From: Candidatus Hydrogenedentota bacterium
GTDB lineage: Bacteria; Hydrogenedentota; Hydrogenedentia; Hydrogenedentales; SLHB01
Length of the DNA stretch: 64,000 bases
Assembly: GCA_963668025.2 (NCBI GenBank)
Contig: CAXXTH010000011.1
Span: 1-64,000 of the forward strand
Direction of reading: 5' to 3'
A model generated the notes under the pieces. It ran no database searches and was not told where the DNA came from. It worked only from the letters and a program-made list of their open reading frames with translations. Position 1 is the first letter of the stretch; each line of letters opens with the position of its first letter. Shown here one piece after another: positions 55,241-64,000 of the stretch. A program made the translations under genes and the position numbers.

Positions 55241-56155
55241 GTGACACAGCCAGCGCCACGAAAAATGAATGTCGCGATTCTCGGCAGCGGCAATATAGGC
55301 ACGGATCTGCTGATTAAAGTGATGCGGTCGCCCTATTTGCATTGCTCTTTGTTTATCGGCAGGCGATTTGATTCGCCTGGCATGGCCAAGGCGATGAGCC
55401 TCGGGGTGCGCGTGTCGGACAAAAGCATCCACGCCCTCGAAGAAGAGCCGGATTGCTGCGAATTAGCCTTTGACGCTACATCCGCCCAAGACCATCTGCG
55501 CCATTGGCCCATTTTGCAACGCCTGGGCATTCGCGCCATTGATCTGACGCCCGCGAAGCTGGGTGTTCTATGCGTGCCCGCCGTGAATCTCGCGGATTGC
55601 CTGGATGCGCCTAACGTGAACACCATCAGTTGCGGCGGCCAGACATCCATCCCGATAGCGCATGCCATCGGGCAAGTTCATGACGAAGTGGAATATATCG
55701 AGGTGGTTTCCACGATTGCCTCCAGAAGCGCTGGCCCGGGCACGCGCGTGAATATCGATGAATACATCAACACCACAGAAACGGGCATTCTCGCGTTCTC
55801 GAACTGCAAGCGTGCGAAAGTGATTTTGAATCTGAATCCGGCTGTACCGCCCATCATCATGCAGACAACGGTTTTCGCCAAAGTGGCCCATCCCAACATG
55901 CCCGCACTGCAAACTGCCGTTGAGGCCATGGTGCAGAAAATCCGCACCTATGTGCCTGGGTATCAGCTTGTGCTCGGGCCGTTGATCGAAGATGGACGCA
56001 TCATTACCATGGTTCGCGTGCAAGGCCTCGGCGATTATCTCCAAAAATATGCCGGCAACCTGGATATTATCAATTGCGCCGCATTGACGGCCGCGGAAGC
56101 GTTTGCCCAGCATCATCAAAGTGGGGGAAAGGAAGCGGATGCATGCCCAAGGTAA
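55241..56155 (+). CDS. mhpF: Acetaldehyde dehydrogenase (acylating), DmpF/MhpF family
   Basis: GSGNIGTDL, DATSA, IDLTPA, SCGGQ (catalytic Cys), SAGPGTR, YAGNLDII. Confidence 0.9.
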   Translation: MTQPAPRKMNVAILGSGNIGTDLLIKVMRSPYLHCSLFIGRRFDSPGMAKAMSLGVRVSDKSIHALEEEPDCCELAFDATSAQDHLRHWPILQRLGIRAIDLTPAKLGVLCVPAVNLADCLDAPNVNTISCGGQTSIPIAHAIGQVHDEVEYIEVVSTIASRSAGPGTRVNIDEYINTTETGILAFSNCKRAKVILNLNPAVPPIIMQTTVFAKVAHPNMPALQTAVEAMVQKIRTYVPGYQLVLGPLIEDGRIITMVRVQGLGDYLQKYAGNLDIINCAALTAAEAFAQHHQSGGKEADACPR

Positions 56156-57168
56156 TTGTTCATGACCCCACGCTGCGCGATGGCAACCATGCCGTGAAGC
56201 ACCAGATCACTGCGGAACAAACGGCCATATACGCCGAAGCCGCGGATGCGGCGGGCATTCCCATCGTCGAAGTAGGGCACGGCAACGGCTTGGGCGCTTC
56301 ATCGCTTCAAGTGGGCTTAAGCCCGCTTGATGACGCCACGCGCCTGCGCGTTGCGCGGGAGAAGCTGCGCCATTCCAAGCTGGGCGTCCATGACATACCC
56401 GGCTTCTCGACCATCGAACGCGATCTCGGACCGGCCCTCGATTTAGGTGTCGATGTGGTCCGCGTCGCCTGCCACTGCACCGAGGCGGACATCACCCAGC
56501 GCCACATCGGATATGTGCGTGAACGGGGCAAGGAAGCGTATGGCACGCTCATGATGAGCCATATGGCCTCCGATGAGGTGCTGTTGGAAGAATGCCAAAA
56601 GCTGGAATCTTATGGGGCGGACGGCGTCGTGCTGATGGACTCGGCGGGCGCGTCGTTGCCGTCGGACGTGCGGTCCCGCATCGGGTTGCTGGTCCGCAAT
56701 CTGTCTATCCCTGTTTTTTTCCATGCCCATAATAATCTGGGAATGGCCATCGCCAACTCGCTGGCGGCGTTGGAAGCCGGCGCTTCCGGAGTGGATGGAT
56801 GCGCCTGCGGTTTTGGTGCGGGAGCGGGCAACGCCCAGCTCGAAGTGCTGGTCGCCGTCCTCGAAAAGTCCGGCTATTCCACGGGGATAGACCTGTATAA
56901 GGTGCTGGATTTGAGCGATATCGCCCGAAAATATCTTGTGACGGAGCTGCCAAGCATCAAGCCGGTCAGCATCGTTAGCGGGCTTGCCGGGGTGTTCTCG
57001 GCCTTTGCCAAACACGTGGAACGCGCCGCGAAAGAATATGACGTGGACCCGCGCGATATCTTCTTCCGGCTCGGTGAAATGCGCGTGGTTGCGGGCCAGG
57101 AAGACCTGATCATCGAGGTGGCCGAACAGCTCCATGCCGCGAAAAAAGAAAAGGGAGGGCGCTCATGA
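56143..57168 (+). CDS. mhpE: 4-hydroxy-2-oxovalerate aldolase, DmpG/MhpE family
   Basis: DPTLRDGNH, EVGHGNGLG, HCTEAD, HAHNNLG, GAGAGN, GQEDLI. Confidence 0.9.
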   Translation: MPKVIVHDPTLRDGNHAVKHQITAEQTAIYAEAADAAGIPIVEVGHGNGLGASSLQVGLSPLDDATRLRVAREKLRHSKLGVHDIPGFSTIERDLGPALDLGVDVVRVACHCTEADITQRHIGYVRERGKEAYGTLMMSHMASDEVLLEECQKLESYGADGVVLMDSAGASLPSDVRSRIGLLVRNLSIPVFFHAHNNLGMAIANSLAALEAGASGVDGCACGFGAGAGNAQLEVLVAVLEKSGYSTGIDLYKVLDLSDIARKYLVTELPSIKPVSIVSGLAGVFSAFAKHVERAAKEYDVDPRDIFFRLGEMRVVAGQEDLIIEVAEQLHAAKKEKGGRS

Positions 57169-58226
57169 TCACCGAACAACGGCGGATTGTGGCGGAAGAC
57201 TGCGCCCAAGCGCTCGATAAAGGACACGAAGCGCTGCGCGAGTTGCATGGGGCGGTGCTGCTCGCCACGGGAGGCACGGGATTTCTCGGCGCATGGCTCG
57301 CCGAGATGATCACGCGCCTGAACGACAGTTATGGGTTTGGCTGCAAGCTATACTTGTTATCAAGCCGCGCCAGCGCTTTCGCGGAACGGCTGCCCTATCT
57401 GGCCGCACGCAAGGAAATCACCCTCATCGAGCGCGATGTTCGAAGCGTAATCGAGCTGCCCAGCGATATCACCCATATCATCCACGCCGCCGCATCGCCG
57501 GATAGCCGCTTGCATGTTTCCGATCCGCTTCGCACCATTCAAGTGATAGTCCAAGGCGCCACGGCCGTACTCGAGGCGGCGGTCCGCTTGCCGGAGTTGC
57601 AACGCATCCTCCACATTAGTTCGGGCCAAGTGTATGGGCATCAGCCTTATGAATTGCCCAATTTGCCGGAAGAATTCTGGGGGGCGCTCGATCCCAATGC
57701 CATAGGCGCGGCTTACCCAGAAGCCAAGCGGTGCGCCGAAACCATCTGCGCCGCCTACCGGCACGGATACCGCATGCATATCGCCATCGCCAGGCCATTC
57801 GCCTATATCGGGCCTCATCAGCCCCTCGACAAGCCATGGGCCGTGAATAATTTCCTGCGGGATGGCCTGCTTGGCGGCCCTATCCGCATCCTAGGCGCTC
57901 CCGAAACCGTGCGCAGCTATTTATATGCCAGCGATATGGCGTTTTGGATGCTGCGCATGCTTGCATCGTCGAAAACAAGCCAATGCTTCAATATTGGCAG
58001 TCCCGAAGGCGTAACACTGCATGACTTGGCGCGGCGCATCGCGGCCCAGTGTGGCGGCCAAGTGGAAGTGCAACTGCCGGTTCTGCCAGCGGAGGCCCCG
58101 CCCCCGACGCGTTTCGTGCCCGATACGAGCCTGGCGAAAAAGACCCTCGGCTTGGAGGCCACTGTTGGCTTGGACGACGCCATCACCCGCACCCTGCGGT
58201 GGCACCGGAGCGCCGCGCCATGCTGA
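57165..58226 (+). CDS. NAD-dependent epimerase/dehydratase (extended SDR)
   Basis: TGGTGFLG, HAAA, SSGQVYG and YPEAK (YxxxK) motifs. Confidence 0.88.
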   Translation: MITEQRRIVAEDCAQALDKGHEALRELHGAVLLATGGTGFLGAWLAEMITRLNDSYGFGCKLYLLSSRASAFAERLPYLAARKEITLIERDVRSVIELPSDITHIIHAAASPDSRLHVSDPLRTIQVIVQGATAVLEAAVRLPELQRILHISSGQVYGHQPYELPNLPEEFWGALDPNAIGAAYPEAKRCAETICAAYRHGYRMHIAIARPFAYIGPHQPLDKPWAVNNFLRDGLLGGPIRILGAPETVRSYLYASDMAFWMLRMLASSKTSQCFNIGSPEGVTLHDLARRIAAQCGGQVEVQLPVLPAEAPPPTRFVPDTSLAKKTLGLEATVGLDDAITRTLRWHRSAAPC

Positions 58227-58744
58227 TAGCCGGGTGGAGCGCGGTGTTTTTTCTTGCCGCGCTGCTTGCATCAATCGTGCGCTGGCGGGGCCTGCCGGTG
58301 CGCCAGCGCGCCATGTGCATCCTTTCCAGCTCACTGGCGGTTATTCCTGTGCTAGCCGCATTGCTGTGCGGTTTGCAATTTTTAGGACTGCCTTGGCGTT
58401 TTTTGGCATTATCTTGGGTGGAGGTGATATATGTCTTCATCGCTTCAGGAGCGTTTTCCTACGTGAGCATGGTGGTGGTATCCCTCGCGTCCGATGGCGA
58501 AAGCCCCACCTTGCGGCTAGTGGCCGCACTCGAGGCCGCCGCCCCTGATGGGCTGTCCATGGCCGATGCCCGGGAGCGGTTATCCGTTCGTGGTGAAGTA
58601 ATGGCCCGCCTTGATACGCTGCTGGCGGATGGATGGGCGGAGATGCGGGGAGAGCGTTGCATGCTCACTTCAAAAGGGCGGTTTCCGCTTCAATTAGCGC
58701 GTTGGGTCCGGCGTATTGCAGGCCTATCGAACGGGCTTGGATGA
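58220..58744 (+). CDS. Membrane protein with a C-terminal winged-helix-like domain (paralog 1)
   Basis: About three TMs then SPTLRLV..DGLS..RLDTLLADGW..LTSKG. Confidence 0.65.
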   Translation: MLIAGWSAVFFLAALLASIVRWRGLPVRQRAMCILSSSLAVIPVLAALLCGLQFLGLPWRFLALSWVEVIYVFIASGAFSYVSMVVVSLASDGESPTLRLVAALEAAAPDGLSMADARERLSVRGEVMARLDTLLADGWAEMRGERCMLTSKGRFPLQLARWVRRIAGLSNGLG

Positions 58745-58751
58745 CCACACG

Positions 58752-59264
58752 ATGCAAAGTGAATATTTAATACATGCATTATGCCTGGCGTGCGGCTTGG
58801 CCTGCCACATCGTGGCGCTTCTACTATTGGCGCGAATGTCTAATGCGGTTTTTCGCAATATATTGCTCGCATTTTCGTCGGGATTAATAGTGTTAGCCCT
58901 TTCCCAAACAGCAACTTTTTTCCTATTCCGGCTTAACGTAGCCGATTTCCTGGCAATGGCTATCTTGAATCTGGCGCTATATGGGATATTAGCGTTTCTT
59001 GTGTGCCATTTTCTTCTTCTAGGCCTCTGCTCATTGCGGTTGCGCATTCTTGAGGTGCTGGACGAATATCCCGAAGGCCTTACGGGAGAAGCGCTTTGTG
59101 AAGCACTCGGGGTGGAAGAGCTTACTCAACGCCGCCTTGACCGCCTCCAGGCAAGCGGGGCAGTCAAGAACAACAATGATCACATCCAGCTTGGGCGCAG
59201 TTATCTGATATTGATCTCTCATACAATACTGTTTTTAAGGCGGTATATTGGAAAGTGTTGCTAA
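58752..59264 (+). CDS. Membrane protein with a C-terminal winged-helix-like domain (paralog 2)
   Basis: About three TMs then SLRLRIL..EGLT..RRLDRLQASGAV. Confidence 0.65.
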   Translation: MQSEYLIHALCLACGLACHIVALLLLARMSNAVFRNILLAFSSGLIVLALSQTATFFLFRLNVADFLAMAILNLALYGILAFLVCHFLLLGLCSLRLRILEVLDEYPEGLTGEALCEALGVEELTQRRLDRLQASGAVKNNNDHIQLGRSYLILISHTILFLRRYIGKCC

Positions 59265-59412
59265 CTCTGGTTGTTGGACTGTAACGAGTAAAGCTGTTAC
59301 GATGAATAGATTGATGCCTCGGGGAGCATGGGCTAACCCAATATAATGCGGCATAAGGCAAAAAACTGAGGATTGAATAACGTGCAATTACACCTCGCCA
59401 AACTTAGGATTA

Positions 59413-60105
59413 GTGAATGATATAATGGACAAAGTGAAATCATATTTGTCTAGTGCTATTTTCGCTAGATTTCCGGCCTCGATAGCGCTCGGGCTTTCCT
59501 TTGTACTTTTAATTACGCCTATGGATGCGCTATGGAAGAGTCATAAATACAATTATTGGGGTATTGACAAACCGAATATCTATCTCGATATAGATCCCGT
59601 TTTGAGCATGATGTCTACAAATGGCTATTGTGGGCCTACTGGCGCATTGTGGTACATTCTGCGCAAATACACGCCTGAACGAGAGCAGATGCCCATTATC
59701 ATTTTCCCGCCTATTAATCCAGGAACAATGGGTAAAGCAGACGCTAGAATTTATGGAATGCTCGAGCCTAATCCCGAAGGCTGGTCTATCGAAGATGCCG
59801 CGGCGCCCAATTTATCTAAAGAGCAAGTGGAAGCGTTATTCTCTATCATCGATTATGATATGGTTAGAATGCCGACGAAACCTTCCGGCATAAAAGGGTG
59901 GATAATAAAAAATAGGCAAATGCCGCAATGTATTTTTTGCATCCCTAGCAATTTGTTGAAACTATATGCCGGCAATATGGCGTCTGCCCCAGGAATAGAC
60001 GCGCGTTTGAAGCTTTATGTCCGGTATGCCGAATATGGAAAAATGAAAAGGTATATATTGCTGGTGCCATTGAACTACCTAGAATTACTAGATGAAAAAT
60101 CCTGA
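59413..60105 (+). CDS. Hypothetical protein with an N-terminal membrane anchor, AT-rich
   Basis: 230-aa ORF with one hydrophobic segment. Confidence 0.6.
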   Translation: MNDIMDKVKSYLSSAIFARFPASIALGLSFVLLITPMDALWKSHKYNYWGIDKPNIYLDIDPVLSMMSTNGYCGPTGALWYILRKYTPEREQMPIIIFPPINPGTMGKADARIYGMLEPNPEGWSIEDAAAPNLSKEQVEALFSIIDYDMVRMPTKPSGIKGWIIKNRQMPQCIFCIPSNLLKLYAGNMASAPGIDARLKLYVRYAEYGKMKRYILLVPLNYLELLDEKS

Positions 60106-60192
60106 ATTCCGGTGCAAAAGAAAACACTGCTGAATGGTTAATATACGCATAATGTTTTTCCATGAATAGCAGTATATGTTAGGGGAGACTAA

Positions 60193-61758
60193 ATGGAGCC
60201 AAATATTCCATATTGGTTCGCATCCACGCTGTATTATAATATATTGCTGTTATCAGGGATCTCTTCCGCTTGCATTCTAAATGTAAAATTTAAAACGATT
60301 CCGATGATGGTTTTTTGCCATTTTGCAGGGCTTGTATATATTTCATTAATAGCCACCCTCTCTTTGCTTTGCCTGGATCAAATTCATTTGCCTGTGCTTA
60401 TCTGCATGTCATTTATTCCAATAACGATTTTTATATACAAAAACAATGAGAATAATGACTTTTTGAAGCGGTTGTTCTACATGCTTATTCTCGGTAATCT
60501 CATGCACATATTCTCAGATGAAATCGGCCAGCTTACGCATGTCATGCAAGCAGATTCCGTACACTCGTATTTTGCAGGCTTTGCCATAAGCAAGCATGGA
60601 GTGTCCATGCTCAAATCGTATACGGCTGACGATCCGTTTCTCAATCCTGGCGCTATACTCTGCTTCATCCGATGGCCATTTATCGTATTAAATATCGCGG
60701 CTGCCGCTTCTTGCGGGCTTTTTACGCTCCCGTGGCTCCTTCCCCTTCTTGCCATGCAAATAGGCCTTTTGATTTATTGGGGAATATCGCAAATCTGTTG
60801 CCAGAAAAAAAACACCTTGTTTTTTTCAGTGCTTGCGGCAGCCGCTTTCGGAGCTGCGTTTTTTACGCCGGAATCTAAGTTTCTACTGGCTAATTTGAGG
60901 GCAAACATGGTTTCATCCTGTTTCACCATGGCAGGCCTCATCTTTTTCGTTGTGGGCGAATCCAAAAAGAAAATTTCGTATTCAAACGTGGGCCTTATTT
61001 TACTGGGAGCATGCATTTCCATCCGGCCTTCAGGAGTTGGCATGATGCTGCCCTTGTATATGTATTGCATTCTTACATCCGAAACAATGGCCTCAAGAAA
61101 CCTTATGATGAATATTTTCATTGTATTGGTGACTATTATCAATATACCCGTTTTTCAATGGATGCTCTTCCATGGGGTCAAACTGAATGGGAATGAAGCC
61201 AGTTTCTCTTCATTATTTTATACATTCCCCGTATGTGTATGCGGTATGTTGTTCGCGTTGTGTTTCCGGTTTTTCCGAAAATGGATAAGCCACTTAGCGC
61301 TGCCAGTAGGACTGCTAATCATTTTCGAACTGGCCATTCTTTTCTTCTTATTTGCTCCGCATTTATGGCCCGTTTATAAGTTTTTATTTTTATACGTGTT
61401 TGACTGCAAATATATGTCTTATCTAGGCATTCTTCTCACAGCTTCTTCCGTGGCGTGCCTTTTTCTCCCCGATTCACATGCAGCCAAGAGATTTGGCGTT
61501 TTGATGCTAGTGGCGTTCATTTCGTTTCTTGGGTTTTACTTCATGGTGCTCTCCATGACGAATCCCGAATGGTTTTATTATACGGAAAAAATAACTACGG
61601 CGACGAAGTTCTCGGAATTTCGCGGCGCCTCAATCATGCGGGATTACTCGACAATCACCCAGTTGCTGCCGGTTTTCATCGTGTTTACTATTTGCGGATA
61701 CTGGGAAAAAGCTTTTACCAAAAAACAGGATAACTTAGCTATTTGTACGGGAAATTAG
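60193..61758 (+). CDS. Polytopic membrane protein, AT-rich (possible GT-C glycosyltransferase or polymerase)
   Basis: Roughly 12-14 hydrophobic segments; RBS GGGGAG; QADS acidic loop motif. Confidence 0.6.
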   Translation: MEPNIPYWFASTLYYNILLLSGISSACILNVKFKTIPMMVFCHFAGLVYISLIATLSLLCLDQIHLPVLICMSFIPITIFIYKNNENNDFLKRLFYMLILGNLMHIFSDEIGQLTHVMQADSVHSYFAGFAISKHGVSMLKSYTADDPFLNPGAILCFIRWPFIVLNIAAAASCGLFTLPWLLPLLAMQIGLLIYWGISQICCQKKNTLFFSVLAAAAFGAAFFTPESKFLLANLRANMVSSCFTMAGLIFFVVGESKKKISYSNVGLILLGACISIRPSGVGMMLPLYMYCILTSETMASRNLMMNIFIVLVTIINIPVFQWMLFHGVKLNGNEASFSSLFYTFPVCVCGMLFALCFRFFRKWISHLALPVGLLIIFELAILFFLFAPHLWPVYKFLFLYVFDCKYMSYLGILLTASSVACLFLPDSHAAKRFGVLMLVAFISFLGFYFMVLSMTNPEWFYYTEKITTATKFSEFRGASIMRDYSTITQLLPVFIVFTICGYWEKAFTKKQDNLAICTGN

Positions 61759-61789
61759 TGTGTGGATTTGCATATAATCGTGAGCTTAA

Positions 61790-62368
61790 ATGCTAATGGG
61801 CAAACGCGCGTGGATTACTCTCGATAGCCGGGAAGCCTATTCGGATCGCGGATTCACGGTAGTCGAAAACCAAGTGGCCCGCCCAGATGGAGCGGTTGCT
61901 CCATACGGCGTGGTTCATGCCTTGCCGGGAACATCCGTCGTTGTGTTGTCTTCTTCTTTAGAAGTCACGCTTGTGCGCCAGTATCGTTACCCGCTAGACC
62001 GGTATACATGGGAGCTGCCGGGTGGTGGTGTTGAAGAAAACGAAACTCCATTATGCGGCGTCCAACGGGAACTCTGGGAAGAAACAGGCATTACCGCCCG
62101 GCGCTGGATGCCCCTGGGAGACGTGGTTCACGTGAACAGCAGCATTTCCACCCAAACGAGTTTTGCTTTTCTTGCGTGGGATCTAGTAGGCAGAAGCGGC
62201 CCGAAAGACGAAATGGAGATATCGGATATTCAACTTGTTACAATCGAGGCAGCGATAGAGATGGCGGAGCGCGGCGTAATTTCCGATGCGCTCAGCCAGA
62301 TAGCTTTATTGCGCGCCTACAATGTCATCCGAGATGCGAACTGGCGGGACACCGTTTTTGCGAAATAA
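61790..62368 (+). CDS. NUDIX hydrolase (ADP-ribose/NDP-sugar pyrophosphatase-like)
   Basis: Nudix box GGGVEENETPLCGVQRELWEETG; RQYRYP. Confidence 0.9.
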   Translation: MLMGKRAWITLDSREAYSDRGFTVVENQVARPDGAVAPYGVVHALPGTSVVVLSSSLEVTLVRQYRYPLDRYTWELPGGGVEENETPLCGVQRELWEETGITARRWMPLGDVVHVNSSISTQTSFAFLAWDLVGRSGPKDEMEISDIQLVTIEAAIEMAERGVISDALSQIALLRAYNVIRDANWRDTVFAK

Positions 62369-62395
62369 TGCGAATGAGCTTATAAGGGGACTATA

Positions 62396-63163
62396 ATGAA
62401 GTGCGTGATTTTAGCTGGTGGATATGGCACGCGTATCAGCGAGTATACGGATGTGCGCCCTAAGCCGATGATCGAGATCGGGAATATGCCCATTTTGTGG
62501 CATATCATGAAAACCTATTCGGCTCATGGCATCAATGATTTTGTCATCTGCCTCGGATACAAATCCTATGTGATAAAAGAATATTTCTCGAATTACTATC
62601 TCCACATGTCCGATGTCACCTTCGATATGTCCAACAATAATATGACCATTCACCACAGTTATTCTGAACCATGGCGTGTGACGCTGATCGACACGGGGAT
62701 CAACACCATGACGGGAGGCCGCCTCAAGCGCGCGGAGGATTTCCTGGATGAGGATGATTTCTGTTTCACCTACGGCGATGGGGTGAGCGATATCAATATA
62801 ACGGATTTGATCGCCTTTCATAAAAAGCACGGCGGGCTTGCGACCTTGACCGCCGTGCAGCCGCCTGGCCGTTTCGGCGGGCTCCGGCTGGATAAAGGGC
62901 GGGTATGCGAATTCCGTGAGAAGCCCGCGGGTGATGGCGGCTGGATCAACGGCGGCTTCTTTGTGCTGTCGCCCAAGGTACTCGAGTATATTGATGATGA
63001 CGCCACTGTCTGGGAGCGGGAGCCTTTGGAACGCCTTGCGGCGGAACGGCAGCTCCATGCCTACAAGCATCTCGGTTTCTGGCATGCGATGGACACGTTG
63101 CGCGATAAAATTGCATTGGACAAGCTCTGGGACAACGGACAAGCGCCGTGGAAACAGTGGTAA
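62396..63163 (+). CDS. rfbF: Glucose-1-phosphate cytidylyltransferase
   Basis: LAGGYGTRISE..PKPM, TMTGGRLKR, TYGDG, WINGGFF, GFWHAMDTLRDK. Confidence 0.96.
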   Translation: MKCVILAGGYGTRISEYTDVRPKPMIEIGNMPILWHIMKTYSAHGINDFVICLGYKSYVIKEYFSNYYLHMSDVTFDMSNNNMTIHHSYSEPWRVTLIDTGINTMTGGRLKRAEDFLDEDDFCFTYGDGVSDINITDLIAFHKKHGGLATLTAVQPPGRFGGLRLDKGRVCEFREKPAGDGGWINGGFFVLSPKVLEYIDDDATVWEREPLERLAAERQLHAYKHLGFWHAMDTLRDKIALDKLWDNGQAPWKQW

Positions 63164-63172
63164 GGAGCGCGG

Positions 63173-64000
63173 ATGAACACGGAGATCTATCGCGGGGCGC
63201 GCGTCCTGCTGACGGGGCATACCGGATTCAAAGGGTCATGGCTTAGCATTTGGCTTCAACGCCTTGGCTCGAAAGTCACCGGTTTAGCCCTCGATCCACC
63301 CACCCAGCCTAATCTGTTTACAGAAGCCAACGTCGGTGGGCTTGTCACCGATCTGCGGGGAGACATCCGAAATCTGGATGACGTGGCGGAAGCCGTCCGC
63401 CAGGCCGAACCGGATGTGGTTTTCCATCTGGCCGCCCAGCCGCTCGTCCGGTTGTCGTACAACGAACCTAAGTACACGTTTGACACCAATGTGGGTGGAA
63501 CAGTCAACGTGCTCGAGGCGTTGCGCGCCAGCAAGTCGGTGCGCGCCATCGTTGTCGTGACATCGGATAAATGTTACGAAAACCGGGAATGGCCCTATGC
63601 CTACCGCGAGTCCGATCCGCTTGGCGGACGTGATCCGTATAGCGCATCTAAAGGAGCGGCGGAGATCGTCGCGGCATCATATGCCCGCTCGTTTTTTGAT
63701 GGGGTTGGCGTTCCGTTGGCTACGGCCCGCGCAGGCAATGTCATCGGCGGCGGCGACTGGGCCGCCGACCGCATCATCCCAGACGCCGTGCGGGCATTGC
63801 AGGATGGCCAGCCCGTGCCCGTGCGCAATCCCGATGCCGTCCGGCCTTGGCAGCATGTATTGGAGCCGCTGTGCGGCTATCTGGCGCTGGGAGCATGCTT
63901 GTTGGCCCGTCCAGACGGCATCCATTACGCGGAAGCGTGGAACTTCGCGCCTGCGGCCAGCTCTTGCCAGCCGGTGCGCGCACTGATTTCGGCCTTTATC
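63173..64000 (+). CDS. rfbG: CDP-glucose 4,6-dehydratase (runs off the window end)
   Basis: Translated by eye: TGHTGFKGSWL, FHLAAQPLV, TSDKCYEN, DPYSASK, RAGNVIGGGDW, RPWQHVLEPL. Confidence 0.95.
   Translation, partial: MNTEIYRGARVLLTGHTGFKGSWLSIWLQRLGSKVTGLALDPPTQPNLFTEANVGGLVTDLRGDIRNLDDVAEAVRQAEPDVVFHLAAQPLVRLSYNEPKYTFDTNVGGTVNVLEALRASKSVRAIVVVTSDKCYENREWPYAYRESDPLGGRDPYSASKGAAEIVAASYARSFFDGVGVPLATARAGNVIGGGDWAADRIIPDAVRALQDGQPVPVRNPDAVRPWQHVLEPLCGYLALGACLLARPDGIHYAEAWNFAPAASSCQPVRALISAFI

Noticed and set aside
55241-57168. Aromatic meta-cleavage pathway
   Set aside because: No dioxygenase, hydrolase or hydratase genes nearby; the context is nucleotide-sugar biosynthesis.

Overview
A 64 kb GC-rich bacterial chromosomal segment; gene style loosely suggests Candidatus Hydrogenedentes or a similar diderm lineage (a guess, not tested). 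It holds housekeeping genes (def, recR, murC-ftsQ-ftsZ, an FMN-riboswitch ribD-ribE-ribBA-ribH-nusB operon, thiC, dusB, araD, leuA, gpsA, tRNA-Ala(CGC)) and several glycoside hydrolases (GH42-like, GH127, GH172/DUF2961, GH36, GH2). At least three families of intergenic palindromic repeats are present, and a surface-glycan cluster runs off the right edge. About seven ORFs are split by single extra bases, most likely long-read consensus errors. Best novelty candidates: (1) an ExbB-ExbD-TPR operon directly after ftsZ whose TonB/TolA-like energy transducer (S-x3-H anchor, Pro-rich stalk) ends in a vWA/MIDAS domain; (2) a glycan cluster combining the DmpF/DmpG pair, a YerE-like ThDP enzyme, CDP-glucose enzymes, two aminotransferases, a GNAT, a polyprenyl-phosphate GT2 and a paralogous pair of membrane/winged-helix proteins; (3) two candidate two-gene defence modules (ABC ATPase plus TOPRIM-like protein; PD-(D/E)xK nuclease plus partner next to tRNA-Ala); (4) a promoter/RBS duplication whose boundary lies in a repeat hairpin loop. 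All family assignments come from motif recognition by eye, with no database searches.
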